DNA of 63,938 bases, the filler included, from Choristocarpus tenellus KU-1152 (taxonomy: Eukaryota > Protista > Phaeophyceae), in NCBI GenBank assembly GCA_964200185.2. It is 12 parts of 12 records of this genome, joined end to end, with 100 filler letters (N's around TTAATTAATTAA, not from the genome) between each part and the next. Parts side by side here need not be neighbours in the genome. Positions count along the whole stretch, not along the records: positions 1 to 3,996 come from CAXNAD020016756.1; positions 4,097 to 8,379 come from CAXNAD020015307.1; positions 8,480 to 13,205 come from CAXNAD020013321.1; 9 more parts are not named here. One strand, 5' to 3'. Shown one piece after another: positions 1-11,800 of this stretch; positions within the stretch are counted from its first letter, which is position 1; each line of letters starts with the position of its first letter. The notes beneath the pieces are model-generated. The model searched no databases, had not been told where the DNA came from, and was given only the letters and a program-made list of their open reading frames with translations. Both the position numbers and the translations under genes were made by a program.

Positions 1-119
1 CCCCCCCCCCCCAAGATACTTTATATCAATGCTGAGCCAAAGTGATTGAGAGGTAGACAAGTTTGGGCCCTTCGCATTCTACGCAATCTTTACTACCCTG
101 TGCAATACACCCTATGTCA

Positions 120-295
120 GGCAAAAATTATCTGGGGGGGGTGGCGGCTGTCCATTTGGGGCCAATTTTTTATGTCGCGATTTTTGGGTGATTTGGTTGC
201 ATACGTTGTTGGATAATGAAAGTGCACTATTCCTGGTTATGGACCAAATGGACACCCCGGTGCAGACCCCCCCCTCCTCCCAGATACTTTGGGTC
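120..295 (+). mobile_element. MITE family A (~175 bp), copy 1
   Basis: Imperfect 17-bp TIRs (GGCAAAAATTATCTGGG ... CCCAGATACTTTGGGTC) and 3-bp TSD TCA (117-119 / 296-298). Homologous to 23697-23875, 24713-24902, 30925-30980 and 63869-63938. Confidence 0.85.
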
Positions 296-299
296 TCAC

Positions 300-450
300 C
301 TTTATGTGGACAATAATAATGTACGCAACACTGATCCTCCCCCTTTCCGCACGCAAAGCGACAAACAATTCAGCCAAGGCCCTCTCTTCAATGGTACAAA
401 ATGACGTGACTTTTTGCCATTTCTTGGGATCCTTAAATAAATGCAACCTT
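300..450. repeat. Dispersed repeat shared with 52360-52495 (probable non-LTR retrotransposon fragment)
   Basis: The tract tccccctttccgcacgcaaagcgacaaacaattcagccaaggccctctct...gggatcctt aligns by eye with 52386-52481. Confidence 0.6.
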
Positions 451-667
451 GTCTACCTCTCAACTGCTTTGGTTATTGCTACTTGTAGTACTCAGTGTTT
501 GGTTGTGGCAAAGTGAACCTATGCGTTACAGTACCATTCTTTCTATGAGAGGTAATATTTGCATACCGTCTCTCCAAGTTAGGGAACATCTTTGATTTAC
601 TAAAACAATGGTTGGAACAACACCAGCGCCACCCTGGCTTTTCTTGCTTCGTTGCCAAATGAAAAGA

Positions 668-927
668 GAGTGAAAGTATCTTAGAGGGTACGGGTTTTTC
701 CCTGTTAGTCCATTTGGGACTTGGCTTCCCACGGGTTTTCAATAACATTTTACCTACTTCAAAATATTTCGGAGTAGGTAAAATATGTATGTTATGAAAA
801 GGTGTGTCTGGAACGAGGATATTGACATCTCCAAATAAACATGATAGCCAAAATTGCATCAAAATTGTAACATTCGATTTTGGCCTCCAAAATGGACACA
901 GCTCTGCCCTCTAAGATACTTTGACTC
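668..927 (+). mobile_element. MITE family B (~260 bp), copy 1
   Basis: 21-bp TIRs GAGTGAAAGTATCTTAGAGGG ... CCCTCTAAGATACTTTGACTC. Four more copies occur in the window. Confidence 0.9.
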
Positions 928-3345
928 AAGAAGACTGTTTTTAACACTTTCTATTTAATTGCTTGTTTTGCAACAACTCAAATAAACATACGGTGTATGA
1001 AGTACTGGATGAGTACTTACTGCTGATCGAAGATCTGGCAACCGCTCCCTTGGGCAACATATCACGTGGCGCTCTAAAAATGGTAGCCAGTGGTAGGAGG
1101 TTACCATTCTTGGGGAAGCCTTGGTCACTAAAAGGAGGCACATCTTAAGCTTTGTGATACATACTGTTTACCAATTAACCCTTTTTGACTGTTTGAAGGA
1201 CCAATTGCCGAATAGAGTAGCTTCACACTGAACAAAGCAGTAACATTAAGGACCAATTTTAGTATGACAAAATGAAAAATAGACCCTTGGGTGGCCTGCT
1301 TACATTTCTTTGTTTCGCCTCTTTTCTTTTCCTCAAGAGTTTGAAAGAGGTTGTCTGATATATGCACTTTTTTAAAGCTCCTCATCCGGCTCATTGTTAA
1401 CTATGTGCTACACTACTAAGAGTATCTTTTTGCATAGTTCCGTTTCTGACTTGTATTCGAGCGAGTGAAGCTCCCATTGAACCTGGAACCTGTTTTGCCT
1501 GGGAATCGGACGACATTGGCGCCATTAGTGATGGTGTCTGGAGTCAGTAAGTATCCCTATCTTTTGCTTGAATTTTTCTTCCTGTTGTGTCTGAGCATCT
1601 TACATTTCTTTCTTCATGTAACCTCTCTACACCACAGGTTCGAGAAGACCGAAATATTTGTTCTGTGCGATGATCAAGCGATAACATACAGTACTATATT
1701 GTTCTGTGGGCCAATGGAAGACGATGGATCTAAATAGTGGTGTGACTGCTTTCTCCACCTGAGAAGGGTGAAGGGAGTCAGACCTACAGCAATGTTCTCA
1801 ACAACGATCAAGTCTTTATGCGTTGAATCGCACTGCCTTGGTCTAATATAGTTCTTACTTTAGTACGCCTTACAACACACAAGGAAGGCCTAACAGGCAA
1901 TGGCACACAATAGAACCCTTACGACTGACCATTTGATGATATCCGGTACATAGTGGTCTGTCCAGATTACGCTTGAAAAGTGTTTTTTTTTTTTAAATCT
2001 ATTTGTGACCGAAGGAGAAGTGTGTTCGGTTGGAAAGTATCCTCTTCAACTCATCCCACTCAACTTCAATCCTGCAAATAATGAGTTATCTGCATTATCT
2101 GTAAGTAGTACCCACACCGAGAAAAGGCATACGGGTTTAAATGCATCAAGGGATTGTGATAGAAATACTGTAAATATTGAAAATCAATTATCCTGTGAGT
2201 AAGCGGCCAAGGTGTGAAGGAGTCAACCTCGTCCTCCTGTGTGGTATTTTGATGGAACATGAAGTGAAGAATGTAATCTTGTGCCTTCAAAGCATGCACA
2301 GCAACAAGGGGATATCTAGTGTCACAATAAACACCAACGTATGGGGCTTCGCACTCACTCTGCACAAAATGTTGAACTAGCTGCATATTTCCACCAATCC
2401 TTGAGTTGGCATCTCCTCACAAACCATCACTCTCTGGATGAGTAATCAACAAGGAGTATTCTATTTCAAGATCACACCACCCCTTCAAATTATTGAGGTA
2501 AAGAAAGCGGACTTGTTGCTCGTTGTCCTACTCCATCCCATCACAACAGAGATCAAAGATCCGTCACACCCCAAACTATTTATTGTATGTGCCTCTCGAC
2601 GCCACCTAGAACCTGGAACAAGATACAGCTAGTACGGTGGACATAATACAAAACTGAGCAACAAAATAATGCTGAGGTCTATGAGGTAACAAAGGATTTA
2701 GATGGCTAGGGGTGGAGAGGTATCCATCCGACAGGGACTTGAAGGGTTTGGTAGGCCTCCAACAGATCCTCAGTCAGCTAAGACAACATAACGAAAAATT
2801 TTAAAAAGGAAATAGATCAATTGAGTGTCTCCAATACAGAGCTCTAGCTCTAGAGGGAAGGGGGGGTCAAAACTTTGTTCAGGCAGAACAAGGGGAATGA
2901 TAATGCCTGAAGAAAAGACAGGAATTTGTAGAGCACACACACAGAATCATACTATGGTGATTGACTAATCGGTGCTACTCACAAGAGTCAACAAACCCCC
3001 CGACAGGAACAGACATTTAAAGTAACAACGTAAAGCCTTTTGAATTGAGGCAACCAACCACCACTGTCTTGTGGTGTCCAACAGGAACATATCAGATGCG
3101 TGTGCCAGGCATCATGATGTCTCCTTGCATATCATTGCAGCACTGAATACATCACAATGGGAGTGGTGAGACCACCACAATCAATTGTATTCCACACAGG
3201 TGCAAAAACAAATACTAAACAACATATCACAACGCATCACAACATAGTCCAACCGAGAAAAAAATTCCAGGGAAAATTATTTTCGACCTAAGCCTCTTTT
3301 TCCTCTATATCAATTTTTTTTATGCATCACCACAAACCTCCATAC

Positions 3346-3782
3346 CTGCAATCGGTGATCTCTACATCAAACCACACTGTTACATGCACAGGTTAGAAGC
3401 ACCATCTATGGTGATCTCTTGGTGTATCTAGTTTCTTTACCCCAAACTGAGCACAGACAAAGGGGCTAGGACGGCCGTATTAACTTTATTCATAACCCTA
3501 ACCCTCACAAGGGGAGAGAACAAAGCCATCCAAGGTGGGTTTGAACTCCTCCACGAAGGGCACTCCAAGGGTCACCGCCGCCGGGGAAGCTTGGCGGATG
3601 GTCCTGTGGAGATAAAGCAATGGACACAAAAACATAAAAGGTGCAGAGGTCAGGACAAGAGTAGTGCTATTGACAGGCACAGGGGAATAGACTGAGTTTG
3701 GAGAAGGGTGAGGTAGACTAGCAAGGGATCCAACACTGATCAGCGCGTTCAGTAGGCAGCACAACTCCATCCTTCACATACA
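3346..3782 (-). CDS. Putative exons of an unknown protein (partial)
   Basis: Candidate exons 3782-~3736, 3603-3509 and 3377-3346 have AG/GT ends and join in frame to YVKDGVVLPTERADQTIRQASPAAVTLGVPFVEEFKPTLDGFVLSPLWFDVEITDC. The first donor is weak and I recognise no domain. Confidence 0.3.
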
Positions 3783-3996
3783 CTAAAAAAACAAAAGAAA
3801 TACTTCAAACTTCACGGTAGTGTACTAAAAAAACAAAAGAGAAAGCCCCCTCTTTGAGGGTAGTCATCTGAAAATAACTAGGGATGTACTTGATTTCTGT
3901 CCTTGTTTTTTTTTTTTGATTCAAGTCCATTTCCCTCCGCTCCCTTCCCCCAGTCCCTCTAGTACCACAGGGTCGGTCCATCTGTTGGTCGCTTGG

Positions 3997-4096
3997 NNNN
4001 NNNNNNNNNNNNNNNNNNNNNNNNNNNNNNNNNNNNNNNNTTAATTAATTAANNNNNNNNNNNNNNNNNNNNNNNNNNNNNNNNNNNNNNNNNNNN
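3997..4096. other. Artificial contig linker (N44-TTAATTAATTAA-N44)
   Basis: An identical 100-bp six-frame-stop linker also occurs at 8380, 13206, 26200, 30981, 36171, 42266, 46201, 52940, 58186 and 60995. Confidence 0.97.
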
Positions 4097-4149
4097 CTCC
4101 TGTGAGACTTAATGGTCTTGTATACCCTTGTCCAATTTGGTGCACTCCA

Positions 4150-4440
4150 TGCATTTCTCGTTGGAATATATCAGGTGGTAAGCAATACTCATCCTGAGGA
4201 ACCTCTCCACATTTACTCTGGACAGCCCCCCTTCATCCTTGAGACTGACACAGGGATGTTGGCTCTCATTCCAGGCAAGGTGTAGTCACAATGGCCTCGT
4301 ACATATTGCTTCGTCCGCCCCCAGACCATCTCTATCGGGTTCAATTCACAGCGGTACTTTGGAACCATCAAGCAGTATCCTCCAAGACTCTCAACCAGAA
4401 TCTCAAGGCTCGGTTTTACCACCTTGAAATTTTGGTGGTT
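4150..4440 (-). pseudogene. Tc1/mariner-IS630 (DDE_3) transposase C-terminal fragment
   Basis: Translation MVPKYRCELNPIEMVWGRTKQYVRGHCDYT matches the P-x-Y/F-H-C-ELNPIE-x-x-W motif carrying the catalytic E of DDE_3 transposases. Confidence 0.8.
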
Positions 4441-4751
4441 ACCAATCTTGAGCTTTTTTAAAGGGTTGCCCAACGAGTTAAACGACAATGAGCATATCAA
4501 ATGAAAGCTCTGGATCTAAGCTATCACTAGTTCAAAGGAATTCTTCCGAAAAATATGTTTGGTTGCAATAATTGATTCTGGAACATTTCCAAGGTTGTGC
4601 CGAAACCATTCGGGTAGATTTTATCTTACCAAGAAAAAACCCGAAAAAAAATCTTTGTACCAGTGATAGCTTAGATCCAGAGCTTTCATTTGATATGCTC
4701 ATCGTTGTTTAACTCGTTGGGGCACCCTTTCAAAAAAAAATCAAGACCGGT
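4441..4751. mobile_element. Foldback/palindromic non-autonomous DNA element
   Basis: Inverted arms of ~100 bp (4441-4540 vs 4650-4751), e.g. gagcatatcaaatgaaagctctggatctaagctatcact versus its exact reverse complement. Confidence 0.85.
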
Positions 4752-4983
4752 CTCATCCTACAGGCGACTGCCAACATTGTAGAGCGATGTGATGAGCCAG
4801 TATTTATCCATATCTCTGTGATAATGAATGGCTAAGACAAATTCCACCAGCAAATCAATAGTGTATGTTCACCATATAACCCACCAGCAGTATCTGGTAA
4901 CGAACGAGCCTTTCCTGTACGAAGCTTAAGCATCCTTAACAACATACTCTAGCCTGAGGAGGCGCAGCTGAAGCTGAAGTGGT

Positions 4984-6350
4984 TTGGGTTGGTTTACATC
5001 ACTCATGGACTTAAACGGTTTCCTCACCAAACTCCTTCAATTGTCCGAAGACAATTATGCTGACTGGTTCGCCACAATCTGTGCCTTCTTGGGCGCTAAA
5101 GGTGATATCGATGAAGCATTGGAGCACTGGGTGGAGCCTCTTAGAGTGGAAGACATTAACTTCATCAAGGGGGAGGATGTGAGTGAAGAAGAGGTCACCA
5201 AGGCCAAGAAAGCATATGACGTCCTGTTGAAAAGCACCAGTGTTTTCTACAGATGCATTGTCTGCAAAGTAGCATCACCTTTCCGAGGTATGGGAACAGC
5301 TAAGGGGGCATTTTCTCATTCATTCAGAAGAGGAAATTGCTAGAGTGCAGAAAATGGTGTTGAATGTAAAAATACCAAGGGGGTCCGACCCCCAAATCAT
5401 TTTTACCACGTGTTGGACTGAGTGGGCCCGATGGCTATGGTGGGACACGTGATGTCGGAGCAAGTCCTTCAAATTGCTATGCTGGGCTGTTTGGATGTCG
5501 ACTGCCAGATCACCAAACATTACCTACTGCATCACGGAAATGGTGAGCATCTGAGGGCTACGATTCAAAATGTTGCTCGTTTGCACTACTTCTCTCCCTA
5601 CAACGTGAAGCAGTTAATCGTGGGAAGCCTGGGAGTGCTCTATCCGCAAGGACTGTGAAGTCACAGAAGAATTACTGAAGGTCTGCCGTGGAGTTCGCCA
5701 AAGTACAATTAGTCACCGTACAGACCCTTATACGACAGGATCCCATGCTAGGGCTGGGTGAGATCAAGATACTTTAATAAAGTTTCAAGTGTGGGTCGAT
5801 GGAGTACGCTAGTCTTTGCTCTTTCGAGGGACTGTGCTACAGTAAAGGACACCTGCAGTACGTTTGTCGCCAGGATAGGACGACCCCGTCGAAACAGGCG
5901 GAAGAACTAGCTGGACCAGGGTTGGAGTCACAAAGGAATAGAGGAAGAAGAAAACTCAAGGCCACAGTAGCTGCTGTGGCCGACCATGGCAAGGTGAGCA
6001 TATCTGGTTTAGAGAGAAGGTGACCTGACGAACATGTATAGTTTCACCAAATGCCCAGAAGGTTGCACGATGACTGTGGTCGATTGCACATCAATACCCA
6101 CCACGAGATATGTCATGCCTGATCAAAAGTACAACGTAGGCATGATGAGTGGGTACATGTTACTCTAGAGTCTGTCGCCCTTGTCCACAACTCAGCATTC
6201 AACCTCATATCCTCACCCTCTGCTTCTAGGGATGAGAAAGTCACTATCAAGGTGACTAGTGATGCCTATTACATATAATCGATGGGGAGGGTCTTTCACT
6301 TATTCTTGGGTCGGATGGTGATGATATATACTTGGCACATGCCGTGCGTT
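4984..6350 (+). mobile_element. Degenerate Ty1/Copia gag-(protease) fragment
   Basis: LSEDNYADWFATICAFLGAKG resembles a Copia gag N-terminus. A degenerate Zn-knuckle (C..KGHLQYVC) lies near 5815-5870. Multiple stops and frameshifts. Confidence 0.55.
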
Positions 6351-6457
6351 TGAAAACTCCCTAATCATTGGCTCTCCTGTTGAGGAAGGGGGGAACTTCT
6401 GTGCAAAATAGGACAATAGTGAGGTGTACCTTATTTTATGTATATGANNNNNNNNNN

Positions 6458-8379
6458 TTGAGTCCATGTGATGTAACTAATGAAATAGTACATCCAGATC
6501 ATGTATGGGATTATGTATTGGTGTTTATTCTGCATTCAACTACTTTGACATGGCCGTTGACTCAGATAGGAAGCACAAATAAATCATAAACAAGCAATGA
6601 GAAGACACCCCACAAACGTCACTCTTCTAATTTCAACCATCCATTCTTTTTCACGTTCCACAAAAGGGTCGTGTGAGGCTTCACACCCTCTTATCTTCGC
6701 TACTGAGAAATAGCATTACCTCCCAAGGTAATTTGCACAGGTTATGAGCCTAAATAGTATAGAGACTGACCTGAAGAAACTTGCTGTCTGGACAGGGGTG
6801 ACGGGAAGGTCATTGGAGACCTGGTCAACTTGGAGACTGTCACTGATCGCCTGCACCGGAGGAAAGGGTTTGTACGAAATAACGACAAGGGACTACGAGG
6901 TTCCTGAAACACCCTCCACCATCTCGGGAGAGGCAGTGCGTACGGCACATGCCACATACTCGAAGAATAACAAGGCGTTATGGTTCCTCCTTCTAAAAAC
7001 AACGAAAGGATCAGCATCGACGATTGTGGCCAAATACGAAAATGGAGGTCAACCAGACGGCAGAAGAGCTTGGTTGGAACTAGAACGAGTCTACGGTGGA
7101 CGCGCGGAGGACGAAATCCCCGTACAAATAATCACGTTGGAGGCAAAACTCCGCGAATTACGGTGTGCACAGCGTCTCAGGACAGCACCGATTTTGTCGT
7201 CAAACTCGAAAGTCTATTTTCGGAATTCGAGGAGCTTAAGGAGCCTAAATCCGAAAACATGAAGAGGGCATCTATACTACTTGGGATCAAGGAATCAATG
7301 CTACATGTGTTTGCGCAATTAATATCGCGCCCGGACATCAGCTATGAGGAGCTCAAACGGGCAGTCATCTCGTCGACAACTTACCTTCACTCGGGTCAAG
7401 ATGGTCATGATGGGGTATTAGCAATGCATGGCAATGTGAAGAACGGTCATGCTCGGAAGACCAAAGGATCAGCTTGAAGCAGCCTCAGACCAAACCAATG
7501 TGGACATTATTTAAGGATGAACCATCGATGGCAGAATTGCTAACGATACTTAGATGGAAAGTCGCCGGCAACACGTCCGCCTGGGATGGCACGCGGGACA
7601 TTTCCGCCACCTCAAACTCGTGGGAACAGCAACAAAGTCGACGGAAACCAAGCGCGCTCCTTCTCCAGTTTCAAAGTGACAGCAAACGAGGAGGTTAACA
7701 AAAGTGCGGTGTTCAACTCCTCCAGTGGAAGACAAGTCGAGATATTATGTGACTCTGGAGCAAACGTAAATCTTACACCTGATCGTGAAGATCTCAGAAG
7801 TACTCGGGGCACCAAACGCACATGCACCTTTGGAAACAATGGGAAATTGGAAGTGAAGGAAACCGGGGATATGGTTCTAATGGTGACGGACAAGGACGGC
7901 AAACCAACAAGAGTGATTCTGAAGGATGTTCTATGGGTCCCAGGTCTACCATGCGGCATATTGAGTACTGGAAGTATACGACGGAATGGAGGAGAAATGA
8001 TGGATTCAGGAACAAAGGAGAGTTATCTGAGGGCCTCCAAGAATTCGCCCAAGATAAACCTACAAAAATTGGGGGAGCGGGGCAGGCAACGAGTATTGGT
8101 TCTTTGCCATCACGGACGTCGCCTTCAAGACTGGAGGCATGCCACACGAATACCTGGGAGGAGAGACGCCATGCGAGCGTCTAACTGGAAAATCGTTCAA
8201 CTACGATAGGCTTCGGGCCTGGGGGAGCGAGTGCTATGTTCATCAGGACAAGCAGTCGAGAGGGGCCAGCTCAAAGTTCTACCCATACGCCAAGAGAGGT
8301 AAAATAATGGGACATGATCGTACATCACTATGCTGGCACATCTGGCTTCCTCAAGAGGCCAAGTTGGTAACCTCAGCCC
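6458..8379 (+). mobile_element. Ty1/Copia LTR retrotransposon 5' part (LTR, PBS, gag, protease, integrase SH3 tail; integrase core deleted)
   Basis: LTR end CA followed by PBS GGTTATGAGCC (6740). Gag DGRRAWLELERVYGG, protease ILCDSGANVNLT...LKDVLWVPGL, and integrase tail TPCERLTGK...LRAWGSECYVH...KRGKIMGHD. Frameshifted. Confidence 0.9.
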
Positions 8380-8666
8380 NNNNNNNNNNNNNNNNNNNNN
8401 NNNNNNNNNNNNNNNNNNNNNNNTTAATTAATTAANNNNNNNNNNNNNNNNNNNNNNNNNNNNNNNNNNNNNNNNNNNNTCAACACATGTAGCACTTCTT
8501 CCCAACCCAAACCATCCCAACCCACCCAGAAATTTACACAAATCAAAAGGCTGAGGAAAAAAAAAAACTCTTCCAGAACATTTTTTTTTTAAACTAAAAA
8601 TGACTAAGAATAATATGCAGATATTATTCCCCACATTTGTCCGATCATCTGTTCAAAATAAAATAA

Positions 8667-8787
8667 TTCTACACATTTTCTACACATTTTCTACACACTT
8701 TCTACACACTTTCTACACATTTTCTACACACTTTCTACACACTTTCTACACATTTTCTACACATTTTCTACACATTTTCTACACACT
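8667..8787. repeat. 11-bp minisatellite (TTTCTACACAY) x ~11
   Basis: Direct reading of the sequence. Confidence 0.95.
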
Positions 8788-8814
8788 GAAATGAAGAAAG
8801 ACACCGCTACGCAC

Positions 8815-11800
8815 CTCCTGCTTTCCAGCCCTTGCACATGCATTGATAGCAATGTTGTAGTTGATGGAGTCAGGTTCCACACCAGAATGCCACATGAATT
8901 CAAGCACCTCCTTGCAGGTCTTGTAGTCCCCTACCTGTGACGCACCCTTCATGGCTGCACTGTAACTCTGTGCAGTGGCCTTCAGACCCCTTTTCTGGGA
9001 GTTGCATGATCATTGGTAGCCATTTTTGTTTGGGGGGAGGGGGGGGGGGGGGGGGAGAGATGGACATTGACTTAAGTGTTGGGATGACATCATTTCCATC
9101 AGTACATGTGCAACAATATAAATAAACTAATGATACCTTTTAAGAGTAGACGAACAACTGGATGGTAATGAGTCCCCATTATCATTTATCCTTGGTACTA
9201 ATCACTCATTCCTAATCTACCACCACAATACAGTCAACCCAATACCCACAAACAAGAATGTTGCGCTAACATTCCTCAAACCATGACAAGCCTTGACATG
9301 ACAAACCTTGACATGTCCAAGTAGTACTCATGACACTGTCTATAGCTATCACTCCTCAATTTGTGTTGTCTTGACCATACCATTATCTACAATGCTACAA
9401 TCATAATCATAATGACACTAACAGCAACAACAACACTGTAATTCTCATACCCAAGCCTACGCCATCCAAGAGTCACATCACATCACATCATAACATCGTA
9501 ACATTTTTTTTTTAAACAGGACCATGTCCAATTTTATCTCAGAATAAATAAAAAATAAGTAAACCAGATTGTACAATCCAACCACAAATACTCCCCTTCC
9601 CCCAATGCTATCTACGAATCCGTTGCCTAATCATATATTTAATCATATATTTAATCATTCGCTTAAACAATCACTTTCATCTAAGAACCTCAGTCTCTAT
9701 CATTAGTACAAAACATGAGAGGAATGCAGTCCGACCAATAGCATTTCAGTAAGAGGAAGAGTCGTCCACCATAGTTAATAACATACACAACTCAGAAAAA
9801 TAAAAATAAAAGGTGCACTAAAGAATTGTATTCAAGTAGCATCAACTATATTAACTACATCAAATTATAAAAATAACAAAAAATAGTAATTGTAGTAGAA
9901 AGGTACAAATAATAACAAAAATTTAAGGCTATTAACTTTTGGCACCTTCATCCTCTCCAGTAGGTGTAGAGTAGCCTTGTACCCCTCAGCCACAGCAACT
10001 ACATTGATAGCAGAGTTGTAGGCATAAAGATACGGGTCTATTCCAGACGCCTCCATCTCATCTAGCAACTCCACCGCCTGCAGATACAAAAAAAGGTTAT
10101 TCCACCATGAACATGAATCAAACACTCTTCTTTTATTCTTTTTAAATAATAGTAACTCAATAGTAACACTAATAATAATACTACTAATAATAATATTTTG
10201 ACCATTGTATTGGTGTAGACATTACTCTTCCTACACATACCATACCCTCTGACCCTACCCATGACTCAGTTCTTGCTTTACTTCCAATTCTAATTCAAAA
10301 ATCTAATTGTTAACAAAGAATACAAGTTAATTACAAAAATAAACAACAGTAGTGCTTGATCCTTCTCACACATTGATCCAAGTACATAAACCCTAACCCT
10401 GTGACCCTACCATGTCTATCTCCATCTACAATACACACAACATAACACCAACACATGTGATCAGTATTTTAATACATCTCAAGGTCATCCTGTCAGAGGA
10501 ATTTTCACTCTGGCCAACATGTTCAAAGCAGCTCTCCAATCAAAACTGTCACTAAACTGGTTCAAAGTCACTTCCTACCACAATCCACACTATAATAACA
10601 ATAATAAAAAAATAATAATACATTGCTATTATTATTTAGAATCTCTTTTTTATTGTTTCTTACCTTCTTGGCATGGAATAATGATAATATATTATTATTA
10701 CTATTCTTAAAAGTCATCTCTTTTAAAAAATATATATTTCATACCTTCTTGGCATGGAACTTGAGGTCAGTCTTTGCCCTTGAGCAGGCGGTAATGACAC
10801 TGGCGTAGCTCACAGAAGACGGTTTCAAACCTTGCACCTTAGGGTTAGGGGTAACAAAAATTATGAATATAACAGTTGAAAAACAATGATGAATATGATC
10901 ATATGGTCTCTTTTTTTTTCTTTTCTTGACTTAATTTTTTGTTGACACCATAAATGAGGTCAGAGTCAACAAACACCTGTAACAAGGTTGGGGTTAGGGA
11001 TGATAGGTGCAACAGGGACAGGGATAATAAAAAAGTAACAATAAAAATAATAGTAACAAGGTTAGGGTTTGGGATATAGGGTTAACGGGTCATTCTTTTC
11101 TAGGGCCATGGAAAAAAACAAACCTCTGTCAACTAACTCACCAATTTGATCAAGAAACAAACCAAATGTAAACCACCAAGTTTTATCACAGCGAGCATCA
11201 AGGCCCTAAATCAACAAGGTTCACCTTCATCTCCTCCAGCAAATCCAGTGCAACGTGGGACCTTTGAAGTGTCCCTGCAGCATGAATAGCAGCATTGTAG
11301 CCCACCACCCCCAACTGAACAATAAACATCAGCATCATCAACACAATCATTAACATTAACATAATCAATATCAACATTAACATAATCAGTATCAACATTA
11401 ACATTAACATCAACAACATGAACATGAAAAATAAAATCAACATCATCATCAACATCATCATTAACATTAACATAATCAATATCAAAATTAGTAGGCATGA
11501 AACCCAAGGATATATAGGTGAACACAATGGGGCTATGCATGGAGGTGAAGGGCACCTCAGCACAAAAACAGTATGATTAATCCAAAAGATAACCAGCATC
11601 ATGATTAATTACCACTGTCACTATCAAACTGAAAATATCTTCTATTTTTGATGTCATTTGCAAGAAAATATCATCTAGACAAGTCACCTGTACACATACA
11701 CACATACATTACATACATATATTACACACATTACATACATACATACATTACATACATATATTACATACATATATCACATACATACATACATTACATACAT

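Noticed and set aside
1460-1737. Two plus-strand exon candidates (donor at ~1548, acceptor at ~1637)
   Set aside because: They can be joined in frame, but there is no start, no domain and no independent support.
4041-4052. TTAATTAATTAA palindrome recurring 11 times
   Set aside because: Artificial six-frame-stop linker embedded in Ns.
11198-11602. Met/Leu/Ile-rich 134-aa 'membrane' ORF and the overlapping D/V-rich ORF
   Set aside because: Translation of an intronic simple repeat. Only 11314-11225 is a real exon.
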